Assembly: GCA_964016885.1 (NCBI GenBank)
Contig: OZ024743.1
Coordinates: forward strand, 14,942,001-15,006,000
DNA from: Eledone cirrhosa
Lineage: Eukaryota
Length of the DNA stretch: 64,000 bases
Direction: 5' to 3'
Under the pieces are notes generated by a model that had not been told where the DNA came from, made no database searches, and was given only the letters and a program-made list of their open reading frames with translations. Below are positions 1-14,602 of this stretch, one piece after another (position 1 is the stretch's first letter; the number at the start of each line of letters is the position of its first letter). The position numbers were made by a program, and so were the translations under genes.

Positions 1-598
1 AGGAAAGAAAGAAGACACCAGCACAGGTTACATGCACCAACGCCAACTACCTATATTGCTAACGACAAGAACAGCAGAAAGAATAGCTAGCTGAGAAAGG
101 ACAAGTACTAAATAAACAACATTAAAAGCAACAAAAACAATATCAATATCAAACAAGGCAGCGGAAAAAGTAGCGGAAATGAATGGAATCGTACAGTGCT
201 AAATAAAGGATAAATTAATAAATTTGAAGTTATGTGAGAGGTGAAGAGAACATTATAGGATATAATTGAAGAGGTGAAATAGTTTTAGGGAAATATAGTG
301 AAAGAAAGGTTAGGAGGATATGATGTTGATTCAGTGATTAGTTGATCTATTGACAGTTAATAATAGACTCTAAGTAATTCAGTTTGAATAATGGGATTGT
401 TGGATCAAATCATATTGGTTTGAAATTAGCCAATTTAGTAGCTGCTTTATGTATACAGAAAATTGACCCTTCTATGTTGCTGTTAACCAGCATTTTGTCA
501 TAATTAAAAATATGGAGCAACACCATATTGCAAAGTCTGCAGCGGGACATTCCATCACAGTATGCCTTGGACCCCAACAGTATCGACCTGCTAATCCC

Positions 599-600
<2 letters not shown>
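1..600 (-). mobile_element. 3' fragment of a decayed Penelope-like element (GIY-YIG C-terminus plus 3' UTR)
   Basis: Minus-strand translation of ~413-575 gives [53 protein letters not shown], collinear with the C-terminus of the PLE at 3660-3836 (ARSYNGGQKCCDLC...CMHKNFATFKHFKPV). Bounded by (TA)n at 600. Confidence 0.65.
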
Positions 601-678
<78 letters not shown>

Positions 679-681
<3 letters not shown>

Positions 682-919
682 AACGAGTAAGACACCGACG
701 GCTGAGCTGAAGCCATTTCTACGGCTAATTCTGGACTAGAAAAAAAAAAAAAAATCATTTTTTTATTTTTTTTACTTTTATTAGTCCAAAAGTAGCCGTC
801 GTAACGGCTTGAGCTCAGCCGTCGGGTTCCTACTCGTTCCTATTACCCACTCTACTACCCTAAGTATTGAGTACTTTGGTGCGTTATGGTCCATCTGGTT
901 CCTTAGCACATTTCCTTCG

Positions 920-921
<2 letters not shown>
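679..921. mobile_element. Miniature PLE family-2 pseudo-LTR remnant (two inverted partial copies) inside (TA)n
   Basis: 679-739 and 781-843 are inverted copies. 781-921 matches the reverse complement of 10952-11091 and also 14320-14453. Flanked by (TA)n at 600-678 and 922-1008. Confidence 0.8.
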
Positions 922-1010
<89 letters not shown>

Positions 1011-1024
1011 TTTTAATATAGATG

Positions 1025-1075
1025 AGATTCTACAGGACTAGAACTGTTTCATTCATTAGAAATCATCAGGAATCT
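1025..1075 (-). ncRNA. Type I hammerhead ribozyme (inverted pLTR copy)
   Basis: Reverse complement of 7254-7304. Confidence 0.8.
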
Positions 1076-1678
1076 GGGTATCGAAAAATAAAAATGGTAT
1101 TTATAGGTCTCTACAAGTGGTAGGAGAGGGTGGGGAGTGGGATGGGTGCAGGTCATTGGTTGATAGAAAAGGGAATTCATTAAAAGCTAATTCTACAAAG
1201 CTATAGTTTATTTTTATTTATTTATGTTATTAGAGTAACAAGGAGAGACAGAATTCTATAAACAGGTTCCGGATGGCATACCAATCCTTGTCATTAAGTT
1301 TCTCTTAAGCTAACAGATGTCTATAAAATCAGTGGGGCGGTCAGTCATGGTCGATAGAATTAAAGAAAAGGGAGATTCTTTAAAAGCTAAAATCATTAAG
1401 GTTCTACTAAGTGACAAAGGTCTAGAGAATTCTGCAGACAGATTCAAAATACTGAGTGCATATCTTACTATTATCTTCGAACTTCTCTTAAACTAATCAA
1501 CTATATGCCAAAAATCAACAGACACATTCACAAAAAAACAAAAAAACAAAAAAACATACTCACTCACACACTTACGCGCAACCATAAACACACACACAAA
1601 CACATATACACACATAAAAACACACACACATATATAAAAATATATATTCATATACATACACACACATACACACATACA

Positions 1679-3836
1679 TTAAAAACACTCATCAGACGTA
1701 CCGACGAGTTCATCAAGCGAATTAGATGGAGGGCCTTCTTCCTCGACAACCCTGATGTAGCATCTACCCATGATGAGAAGTTCGGCTTCAAAACGAATAA
1801 GACACCACCCACCAACAGCCTACTCCAACCATTTGAAGAAGACCTCTTCAAGATGATCAAGGATATTAAATTCCATAGAGCCACCACACCATTCCAGGCC
1901 TACGTAAATGCCGAATTACGGAATATAAAAAAATCCCCTAATCTTTATGTCTCCTCCGATAAAACCAAAAACGTTTATGAGGTAGACCCACAGACCTAAA
2001 ATAAGCTGGCAAAAAATCCCCTAATCTTTATGTCTCCTCCGATAAAACCAAAAACGTTTATGAGGTAGACCCACAGACCTACAATAAGCTGGCAAAAAAT
2101 ACCATCACGACCACCTACAAAAAGGTAATAGAGAGGGCACTGACTGAGACAAACGCGGCGGAAAAGAAATCGCCAAGCCCCTTAAATTACATGACCGAAC
2201 CGAACCTTTAAGGGTAAAGAACCCGCACTTTACCCTGAAGGACCATAAGGGAAATTTCCTCAACAAACCATCAGTCAGACTTATCAACCCCACTCGTTCT
2301 GACATCGGCTCTATCAGTAAGAAGATCCTGGATAGAGTTCTACCATCATTGCGGGCAGCCTCACCACTTCCACTCTGGAGTAGAACATCTGAGGCAATTT
2401 CATGGTTCCTAGAATTACCCGATAAACACCACACTCGCTTTCTGCAACTCGACATAGAAAACTACTATGCCTCTATCTCGGAGCCCCTCCTGAAGGACGC
2501 AATTAACTTTGCCAGGAATTTTACCACCATTACCGATGCTGAGCAAGTTATTATCCTCCACGCTCGTAAGACCTTTCTATACCACGATGGATCTTACTGG
2601 ATCAACAAGAAATCTCAGGCCCCATTTGACGTTAGCATGGGGGCGAGTGACTCGGCTGAAATTAGCGACCTTGTGGGCCTGTACATCCTACATAACCTGA
2701 AGAACCTCTTTACCGGCCTAACGGGAGGTTTATACCGAGACGACGGCCTCTTCGCCCTGCATAAGGTTAACCCCAGAACCACCGATGGGTTTCGGAAAAA
2801 CTTAAGCTCTTTCTTCTCTAATCTAGGATTTAGTATAACTATAGATTCTAATTTGACTAGGGCCAACTTCTTAGATGTCACTCTCGACCTAGATACTTCC
2901 CTCTATTACCCGTACCACAAACCTAACGAGTCCCTTAAATATATTAATGTTAATTCAAACCACCCCCAAAACAACACTGATAACCTAGTAAAAAGCGTCT
3001 CTATTAGAATATCTGGCCTCTCCGCCAACAAAGATATTTTTAATGCATCTGCCTCCTACTACAATGACGCCCTCGCCCGTAGCGGATTTAAAGATAAGAT
3101 AACTTACCTAGAAACCACTGCAAGATTGCAGAGGAGGAATAGACATAGGCAGATTAGCTGGTACAACCCTCCCTTCAATAGAGAGGTATCTACTCCGATA
3201 GCTAGGATTTTCTTCACTTTACTGAAATTACACTTCTCCATACAACATAGGTACTACACCATCTTTAATAAGAACACTATAAGACTGTCTTACTCCACCA
3301 CACCTAACCTAGCTAGGAATATAGCCAACCACAATTCTAAATTAAATAAGCCAACCACCTCCGAAACCAATCCCCGGACTGGGGCTCTATGTAATTGCCT
3401 AAATAAGGAAGCATGCCCACTTGAAAACAAATGCCTCACAAATGACATCGTATACAAATGCGATGTCATCTCAGGCACCGAGGATTGCAAAAAAGCTTAC
3501 ATCGGCATGACCTCCAACAACTTTAAGACCCGTTGGTATGCCCATACCCACTCCTTCAGTAGACCGGATAAATCAAATCAGACAACACTCGCCTCCTACG
3601 TTTGGGACCTCAAAAGGAACTCCACCCCCTTCACGCTTAAATGGAAAATACTCCAGTAAGCGCGCTCTTACAACGGAGGACAAAAGTGCTGCGACCTTTG
3701 TATTTCAGAGAGCTACGAAATTTTATTCGCCAAGGGCCCGCTACTGAACAAACTCTCTGAACACTGCCCGAACTGCATGCACAAGAACTTTGCAACTTTC
3801 AAACACTTTAAGCCAGTGTTAAAGCCCGATGGCTAA
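1679..3836 (+). pseudogene. PLE reverse transcriptase / GIY-YIG endonuclease, disrupted
   Basis: RT motifs LQLDIENYY, SMGASDSAEISDL, LYRDDG, NFLDVTL; CNC..K..CPL linker; IVYKC...AYIGMT..FKTRW (GIY-YIG). Broken by an 83-bp tandem duplication (1928-2093) and an in-frame TAA at 3657-3659; the frame then continues to TAA at 3834-3836. Confidence 0.93.
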
Positions 3837-4009
3837 AAACGACCTCCTCCTATTGGCCCCTATACCTCCTCCCCACCCTACCCCCACCCTTCCTCAACCT
3901 GAAATACGGCCACTGTGGTTATGTGAGTACCTCTTTCGTATCTACATTTTCTGCCTGTAGAGGTGTCTTTATGTGCCTGCGTATATGCGTATATTTATTG
4001 AGTACCTAT

Positions 4010-6650
<2,641 letters not shown>

Positions 6651-7253
6651 TATGTGTGTATGTGTGTGTATGTATATGAATATATATTTTTATATATGTG
6701 TGTGTGTTTTTATGTGTGTATATGTGTTTGTGTGTGTGTTTATGGTTGCGCGTAAGTGTGTGAGTGAGTATGTTTTTTTGTTTTTTTGTTTTTTTGTGAA
6801 TGTGTCTGTTGATTTTTGGCATATAGTTGATTAGTTTAAGAGAAGTTCGAAGATAATAGTAAGATATGCACTCAGTATTTTGAATCTGTCTGCAGAATTC
6901 TCTAGACCTTTGTCACTTAGTAGAACCTTAATGATTTTAGCTTTTAAAGAATCTCCCTTTTCTTTTCAATTCTATCGACCATGACTGACCCCCCCACTGA
7001 TTTTATAGACATCTGTTAGCTTAAGAGAAACTTAATGACAAGGATTGGTATGCCATCCGGAACCTGTTTATAGAATTCTGTCTCCCCTTGTTACTCTAAT
7101 AACATAAATAAATAAAAATAAACTATAGCTTTGTAGAATTAGCTTTTAATGAATTCCCTTTTCTATCAACCAATGACCTGCACCCATCCCACTCCCCACC
7201 CTCTCCTACCACTTGTAGAGACCTATAAATACAATTTTTATTTTTCGATACCC

Positions 7254-7304
7254 AGATTCCTGATGATTTCTAATGAATGAAACAGTTCTAGTCCTGTAGA
7301 ATCT
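7254..7304 (+). ncRNA. Type I hammerhead ribozyme in the PLE family-1 pLTR
   Basis: AGATTC-CTGATGA-tTTC taat GAAt-GAAAC-AG ttctagtc CT-GTA-GAATCT: 6-bp stem I, canonical core, GUA site; U.U at the base of stem II. Confidence 0.82.
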
Positions 7305-7625
7305 CATCTATATTAAAACTTTTATACTCTGCTATGTATTGAGTACCTTACTTACTGTGGTTACCTCCGATTCAACCCGGAATAACGTATATATATATAT
7401 ATATATATAGAATGAGTGAGTGAAAGTTGAGGAGAAGGCTAACAGAGAGAGAGACTGCTAGAAAGGGTAAAAACGAACAGACGAGTGTGTAATTGTTTTC
7501 TCGCGCGGTCTTGACCAAGCTGGTATGGACATTTTTTCTCTCTCTCTCTTTCGTCTGCGACTTCACAAAACTTATGTTTACCGAATTCGTAGACCAGACC
7601 CCTTTATCTTCTTCTTCTCTCTTTA

Positions 7626-10600
7626 GATCTTAGAGTCTAAACTTATCTACGGAACAGGTTTGATTTTGAAATTTAAATGTGTCTAAACATCACGGCCCTT
7701 TGGCAATACAGTTCGTCTCCGTTGATTTATTATTTTAAATCGATGTGGACAAACTGTAGTATAATAATTAGTATGCTTCAATCTGGCTAAACTTTTCTTT
7801 TGCAATATATATACAGATGTGTTGGTATCTGTGTTTTATCACTTACATATTAATTTATACACTGCTCAGGGGATTTCATCATTCGAGCTGATTCCATTGT
7901 AAAAGAATTCATTACCTTATTAATTTTAACTGCTCCTAGTTTGAGCTGCAAACCGTCCCATATATACGACTGTTATTTCTAGCAGTACGGTTATGAGACT
8001 AGTTAGATACTGTAAAGCCATGTGCGCCACGCAGTCTTTTAAATTATTTAGAAGTGAAGCATATCAATTTGTCTCTGGATGTTTACTGAGGAGTGCGGGA
8101 CATGACATTCCTACACTTTTTTAACTCGAAACATATTTGGATCTTAAAGTCTAAACTTATCTACGGAACAGGTTTGATTTTGAAATTTAAATGTGTCTAA
8201 ACATCACGGCCCTTTGGCAATACAGTTCGTCTCCGTTGATTTATTATTTTAAATCGATGTGGACAAACTGTAGTATAATAATTAGTATGCTTCAATCTGG
8301 CTAAACTTTTCTTTTGCAATATATATACAGATGTGTTGGTATCTGTGTTTTATCACTTACATATTAATTTGTACACTGCTCAGGGGATTTCCTCATTCGA
8401 GCTGATTCCATTGTAAAAGAATTCATTACCTTATTAATTTTAACTGCTCCTAGTTTGAGCTGCAAACCGTCCCATATATACGACTGTTATTTCTAGCAGT
8501 ACGGTTATGAGACTAGTTAGATACTGTAAAGCCATGTGCGCCACGCAGTCTTTTAAATTATTTAGAAGTGAAGCATATCAATTTGTCTCTGGATGTTTAC
8601 TGAGGAGAGCGGGACATGATATTCCTACACTTTTTTAACTCGAAACATATTTGGATCTTAAAGTCTAAACTTATCTACGGAAGAGGTTTGATTTTGAAAT
8701 TTAAATGTGTCTAAACATCACGGCCCTTTGGCAATACAGTTCGTCTCCGTTGATTTATTATTTTAAATCGATGTGGACAAACTGTAGTATAATAATTAGT
8801 ATGCTTCAATCTGGCTAAACTTTTCTTTTGCAATATATATACAGATGTGTTGGTATCTGTGTTTCATCACTTACATATTAATTTATACACTGCTCAGGGG
8901 ATTTCCTCATTCGAGCTGATTCCATTGTAAAAGAATTCATTACCTTATTAATTTTAACTGCTCCTAGTTCGAGCTGCAAACCGTCCCATATATACGACTG
9001 TTATTTCTAGCAGTACGGTTATGAGACTAGTTAGATACTGTAAAGCCATGTGCGCCACGCAGTCTTTTAAATTATTTAGAAGTGAAGCATATCAATTTGT
9101 CTCTGGATGTTTACTGAGGAGTGCGGCACATGATATTCCTACACTTTTTTAACTCGAAACATATTTGGATCTTAAAGTCTAAACTTATCTACGGAACAGG
9201 TTTGATTTTGAAATTTAAATAGTCTAAACATCACGGCCCTTTGGCAATACAGTTCGTCTCCGTTGATTTATTATTTTAAATCGATGTGGACAAACTGTAG
9301 TATAATAATTAGTATGCTTCAATCTGGCTAAACTTTTCTTTTGCAATATATATACAGATGTGTTGGTATCTGTGTTTCATCACTTACATATTAATTTATA
9401 CACTGCTCAGGGGATTTCCTCATTCGAGCTGATTCCATTGTAAAAGAATTCATTACCTTATTAATTTTAACTGCTCCTAGTTTGAGCTGCAAACCGTCCC
9501 ATATATACGACTGTCATTTCTAGCAGTACGGTTATGAGACTAGTTAGATACTGTAAAGCCATGTGCGCCACGCAGTCTTTGAAATTATTTAGAAGTGAAG
9601 CATATCAATTTGTCTCTGGATGTTTACTGAGGAGGGCGGGACATGATATTCTTACACTTTTTTAACTCGAAACATATTTGGATCTTAAAGTCTAAACTTA
9701 TCTACGGAACAGGTTTGATTTTGAAATTTAAATGTGTCTAAACATCACGGCCCTTTTGCAATACAGTTCGTCTCCGTTGATTTATTATTTTAAATCGATG
9801 TGGACAAACTGTAGTATAATAATTAGTATGCTTCAATCTGGCTAAACTTTTCTTTTGCAATATATATACAGATGTGTTGGTATCTGTGTTTTATCACTTA
9901 CATATTAATTTGTACACTGCTCAGGGGATTTCCTCATTCGAGCTGATTCCATTGTAAAAGAATTCATTACCTTATTAATTTTAACTGCTCCTAGTTTGAG
10001 CTGCAAACCGTCCCATATATACGACTGTTATTTCTAGCAGTACGGTTATGAGACTAGTTAGATACTGTAAAGCCATGTGCGCCACGCAGTCTTTTAAATT
10101 ATTTAGAAGTGAAGCATATCAATTTGTCTCTGGATGTTTACTGAGGAGAGCGGGACATGATATTCCTACACTTTTTTAACTCGAAACATATTTGGATCTT
10201 AAAGTCTAAACTTATCTACGGAACAGGTTTGATTTTGAAATTTAAATGTGTCTAAACATCACGGCCCTTTGGCAATACAGTTCGTCTCCGTTGATTTATT
10301 ATTTTAAATCGATGTGGACAAACTGTAGTATAATAATTAGTATGCTTCAATCTGGCTAAACTTTTCTTTTGCAATATATATACAGATGTGTTGGTATCTG
10401 TGTTTCATCACTTACATATTAATTTATACACTGCTCAGGGGATTTCCTCATTGGAGCTGATTCCATTGTAAAAGAATTCATTACCTTATTAATTTTAACT
10501 GCTCCTAGTTCGAGCTGCAAACCGTCCCATATATACGACTGTTATTTCTAGCAGTACGGTTATGAGACTAGTTAGATACTGTAAAGCCATGTGCGCCACG

Positions 10601-10940
10601 CAGTCTTTTAAATTATTTAGAAGTGAAGCATATCAATTTGTCTCTGGGTGTTTACTGAGGAGAGCGGGACATGATATTCCTACACTTTTTTAACTCGAAA
10701 CATATTTGGATCTTAAAGTCTAAACTTATCTACGGAACAGGTTTGATTTTGAAATTTAAATGTGTCTAAACATCACGGCCCTTTGGCAATAGAGTTCGTC
10801 TCCGTAAATTTATTATTTTAAATCGATGTGGACAAACTGTAGTATAATAATTAGTATGCTTCATTCTGGCTAAACTATTCTTTTGCAATATATATACAGA
10901 TGTGTTGGTATCTGTGTTTCATCACTTACATATTAATTTA
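7626..10940 (+). repeat. Tandem array, 514-bp unit x ~6.45, one hammerhead per unit (retrozyme-like)
   Basis: Unit starts (GATCTT) at 7626, 8140, 8654, 9168, 9681, 10195 and 10709; few substitutions; non-coding; ends in (TA)n. Confidence 0.95.
8078..8205 (+). ncRNA. Type I hammerhead with long stem III (further copies at 8592-8719, 9106-9232, 9619-9746, 10133-10260, 10647-10774)
   Basis: GATGTTTA-CTGAGGA-G(A/T/G)G...CTC-GAAAC-ATATTTGGAT...ATTTAAATGT-GTC-TAAACATC: 8-bp stem I, canonical core, GUC site. Confidence 0.82.
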
Positions 10941-10951
10941 TATATATATAT

Positions 10952-13135
10952 AACGAAGGAAATGTGGTAAGGAACCAGATGGACCATAACGCACCAGAGT
11001 ACTCAATACTTAGGGAGGTAGAGTGGGTAATAGGAACACGTTTAAGTCCGACGGCTGAGCTCGAGCCGTTTCGACGGCTATTCCTGGACTAAATCAACAT
11101 TTTTATCGTGGTATTAAACAGCCGAACTTTTCAAGCAGAAATATCATTCTCCACGCCAGGAAGACAGTCCTCCTTTCCGACAACTCCAAGTGGATAAAGA
11201 AAGCTCCCGACTCCCCCTTCGACGTCAGTATGGTCGCGACCGACTCGGCTGAGGTGACCGATCTTATAGGAGTATTCCTACTACATAAACTCACCGAAAT
11301 GTTTACTGCACTCGGTGGTGAATTGTACCCCAAGGATGGGCTCCTTACCCTCAAAGGGTACAACCCCAGTAGTACAGACCGGGTCCGTAAACAACAAATC
11401 AACTTCTTCCGAGACTGGGGATTTAAAATCACCCTACAAATGTCACTAACCCGAGTCAATTTCCTGGACTTTACCCTCAATCTCGAAAATGATCTGTACT
11501 ACCCATACAGGAAAAAAACGACAAACTTCACTACATTCACCGCCGCTCTAACCATCCTAGAAACATCACCAATAACCTGGTTAAAAACATCTTCCTGGCG
11601 CATATCTCGTGTGTCAGCTAATGAGCAGATATTCGATGAACATGAGCTCATTACAACCAGGCCTTCAAGTGAAGCGGCTTTCGGGAGGAAAACTCCTTTT
11701 ATTCAGCTTCCCTTAGCAGAACCAGCAGGCGACGGCGCCGCTCACGCCTCCTTACGTGGTTCAACGCTCCCCACAATGCCATGGTGGCAATACCAATCAG
11801 GAAAACCTTCTTTAGGCTCCTCGAAAAACACTTCCCACCACAATACCACTACCACAACATAATCAACAAAAACACTATCAAACTCTCCTAGAGCACCACA
11901 CCCAATTTCGCAGAAAATATCGCCTCCTCAAACAACAAGAAACACAACTCCTATGGAATAAACAACCTAGACATTAGTGGAGAGCCGACCAAGAGGTGCA
12001 ACTGCTGGATATATCTACGTGCCCCCTCAACAACAGATGGCGAGAACATAACCTGATCTACCAATGCAAGGTGAGGACGGAAAACTCCAGCAAAGCCTAA
12101 ATAGGATTAACTGCTTGTGACTTTACGACCCGGCTCTACCAACACCGACATACGTTCCGAAACCCAAACCGCGACATTCCGCTACACTTTCGGGCAACAT
12201 CTGGGACATCCAAGATAATAACATAACATACAATCTTACTTGCAGCTTACTGTCCAAGGCTAACTTCTACACGGGAGGACGCCGTCCGTGTAACTTACGC
12301 TCGGAGGAAACAATATAAATGTTGTTTACGAAGGACCAACTCCTAAACGAAAAAGACGAATTTGTAACTGCATGTAAACACCGATTGCGTAGGACTTAGC
12401 TCGCCCTCAAACCTCCTCATGACCCGAGTGGGTATACAATGACTGCAATATCATACTTTTCCCCACTTGACCAACAAGTTAGGGGAAACCCCAGCATATA
12501 TAAGTATATTTACTTCTTTCATTTTTCCCTTTATCTCTTCTTATCACTTCCTTCGACTCCCTCTCCTCTTCCTTTTCCTTTTTCCTCTCTCCCCCACCCT
12601 GAGGACGCCCATTGGGCTTCTTTAGCCTCAGTACCCCACCGCAGTAAATTCTATATAGCATTAGCCGAAAACGCAATACCAGCTAAAAATATAGCAGCTG
12701 CTTTAAACTCTAGAGATGTTTTTATTATTTTTTACTATTTAATTTTTTTATTATTTTTATTTATTATCTTTTAACCTCAATTTATTAACCATTTAATTTT
12801 ATAACGTCCGACTCTCAGATTTTTCGGCTGCTTTCTGCCTAGATTAATTTCATACACACTCCTTAGACTATGCTGTATAGAACTCACATTCAACGCTTGA
12901 CCGCCTCCACCCACTCCCTCATTGTTCTTCAGGCAAGTTCAGCCAAAGCCGAAATGAAAAATGTAATTGTGATTACAAGAAATTTTGACCAATACTTTTG
13001 ACAACTACAATCTTCTCATATAAGGAATTACCTTCTTGAAAATTTCGGCTATTTAACACCACGCTAAAAATTCTAATTTAGTCAAGAAAAAGCCGTCGAA
13101 ACGGCTTGAGCTCTGCCGTCGGGGTTAAACATTTT

Positions 13136-13140
<5 letters not shown>
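10952..13140 (+). mobile_element. Penelope-like element family 2, 5'-truncated and decayed, with inverted 5' pLTR piece (10952-11135)
   Basis: Frameshifted RT (FDVSMVATDSAEVTDLIG, LYPKDG, VNFLDFTL) and GIY-YIG remnants at ~11140-12435, homologous to the ORF at 2349-3659; the pLTR end at 13030-13140 is mirrored at 11030-11135. Confidence 0.88.
13031..13124 (+). ncRNA. Variant hammerhead (U3/A8 core, long stem II)
   Basis: CTTC-TTGAAAA-..CGGCT...AGCCG.C-GAAAC-GGC ttgagctct GCC-GTC-GGGG; homologues on the minus strand at 13196-13290 and 11047-11135. Confidence 0.65.
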
Positions 13141-13180
<40 letters not shown>

Positions 13181-13184
<4 letters not shown>

Positions 13185-14453
13185 AAAAAGTATGACCCCG
13201 ATGGCAGAGCTCAAGCCGTTTCGACGGCTATTTCTGGACTAAATTAGAATGTTTAGCCTGGTGAATAAATAGCCGAACTTGTCAAGAGGGTACTTCCTTA
13301 TATGGAAAGATTGTAGTTGTCAAAAGGATTGGTTAACATTTGTTGTAAACCAAATAAGTCTATCATGGCATTTGGTGGGAGGTAGGGGGGAGCTGAAATT
13401 GCCTGTAGAACAATAGACGAGTGAGTGGCGCGGTCAAGCGTTGAAAGTGATATGTATACAGCAGATACTAAGGATAGTGTATGAAGTGGAGGAGGGAGGT
13501 AATAGAATAGGTAAATCGAATGAGAGTAGGAGACGATAAAATATAATAGAAAGAAATAAAAAAATATATAAAATTAGATAGTGAGAAATGAACAAAAAAA
13601 TCACAATGCTATCTTACAATTACAGGTTAATAAGTTGAGAATAGAAAAAAACTTGTAGAAATTGAGTAGTAACAACATTAAAGGGGTTTAACCCAACTGC
13701 TATAAGTAAAACGTATTCGGTAAATTCTATCTTTAAAATACAGGGGTGAGGGAACTGATGCTACAGAGCCAGATGCGCTGCATCAGGTTAGACGAAAGGG
13801 GTAAATCAGACGAGGAAGAAAATAGGGAGTGGAAGGAAGTGATAGGATGAGACATGGGAAAGAAGAAGAAAAAGAGGAAAAGAAAAGAGATACATCTACC
13901 TATGTACGCTGGGGTTCCCCTAACTTATTCGGCAAGGGGGGGGGGGGGGTATCAGCCCTTGTCTACCCACCCGAGTGTTTATGGGGTTTGAGGGCGAGGT
14001 AAGTCCTACGCAATATTTGTTTGCATGCGGTTACCAGTTCGTCTTTCTTGTTTAGGAGTTGGTCCTTCGAAAACAGCATTTGTAATGTATCCTCCGAGCA
14101 TAAGTTACACGGACGGCATCCTCCCGTGTAAGAGATTGTTCTGGACAGTAAGCTCCAAGTGAGATTGTAGGTTATATTATAATCTCGGAGGTCGCAGATG
14201 TGGCCCGAAAGTGTAGTGGCATGTCGCCGGACTGGGTTTCGGAAAGTATGTCGGTGTTGGTAGAGCGGGGTCTTGAAGTCACACGCGGTTAATCCTATAT
14301 AAGCTTTGTTGTAGGTGCCCAGAAATAGCCGTCGAAACGGCTTGAGCTCTGCCGTCGGGGTCACACTTTTTCCCTATTTCCCACTCTACTACCCTAAGTA
14401 TTGAGTACTCTCGTGCGTTATAGTCCATCTGGTTCCTTTCCGCACTTCCATTG
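13181..14453 (-). mobile_element. Penelope-like element family 2, 3' fragment (GIY-YIG end + pLTR) with inverted tail at 14320-14453
   Basis: ORF 13963..14364 contains [13 protein letters not shown]...HRHTF...CNLCSE...LLNKKDELVTAC; homologous to 12090-13140; tail-to-tail with the previous element across (TA)n 13139-13181. Confidence 0.88.
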
Positions 14454-14539
14454 TTATATATATATATGTGTGTGTGTGTATATGTATGTATATATATATA
14501 TGTGTTTATATATATATATATGTATATATATGTACATAT

Positions 14540-14590
<51 letters not shown>

Positions 14591-14602
<12 letters not shown>

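Noticed and set aside
12600-12625. Isolated CTGANGA strings (12600, ~27974, ~50344)
   Set aside because: No downstream GAAA with stem I/III pairing.
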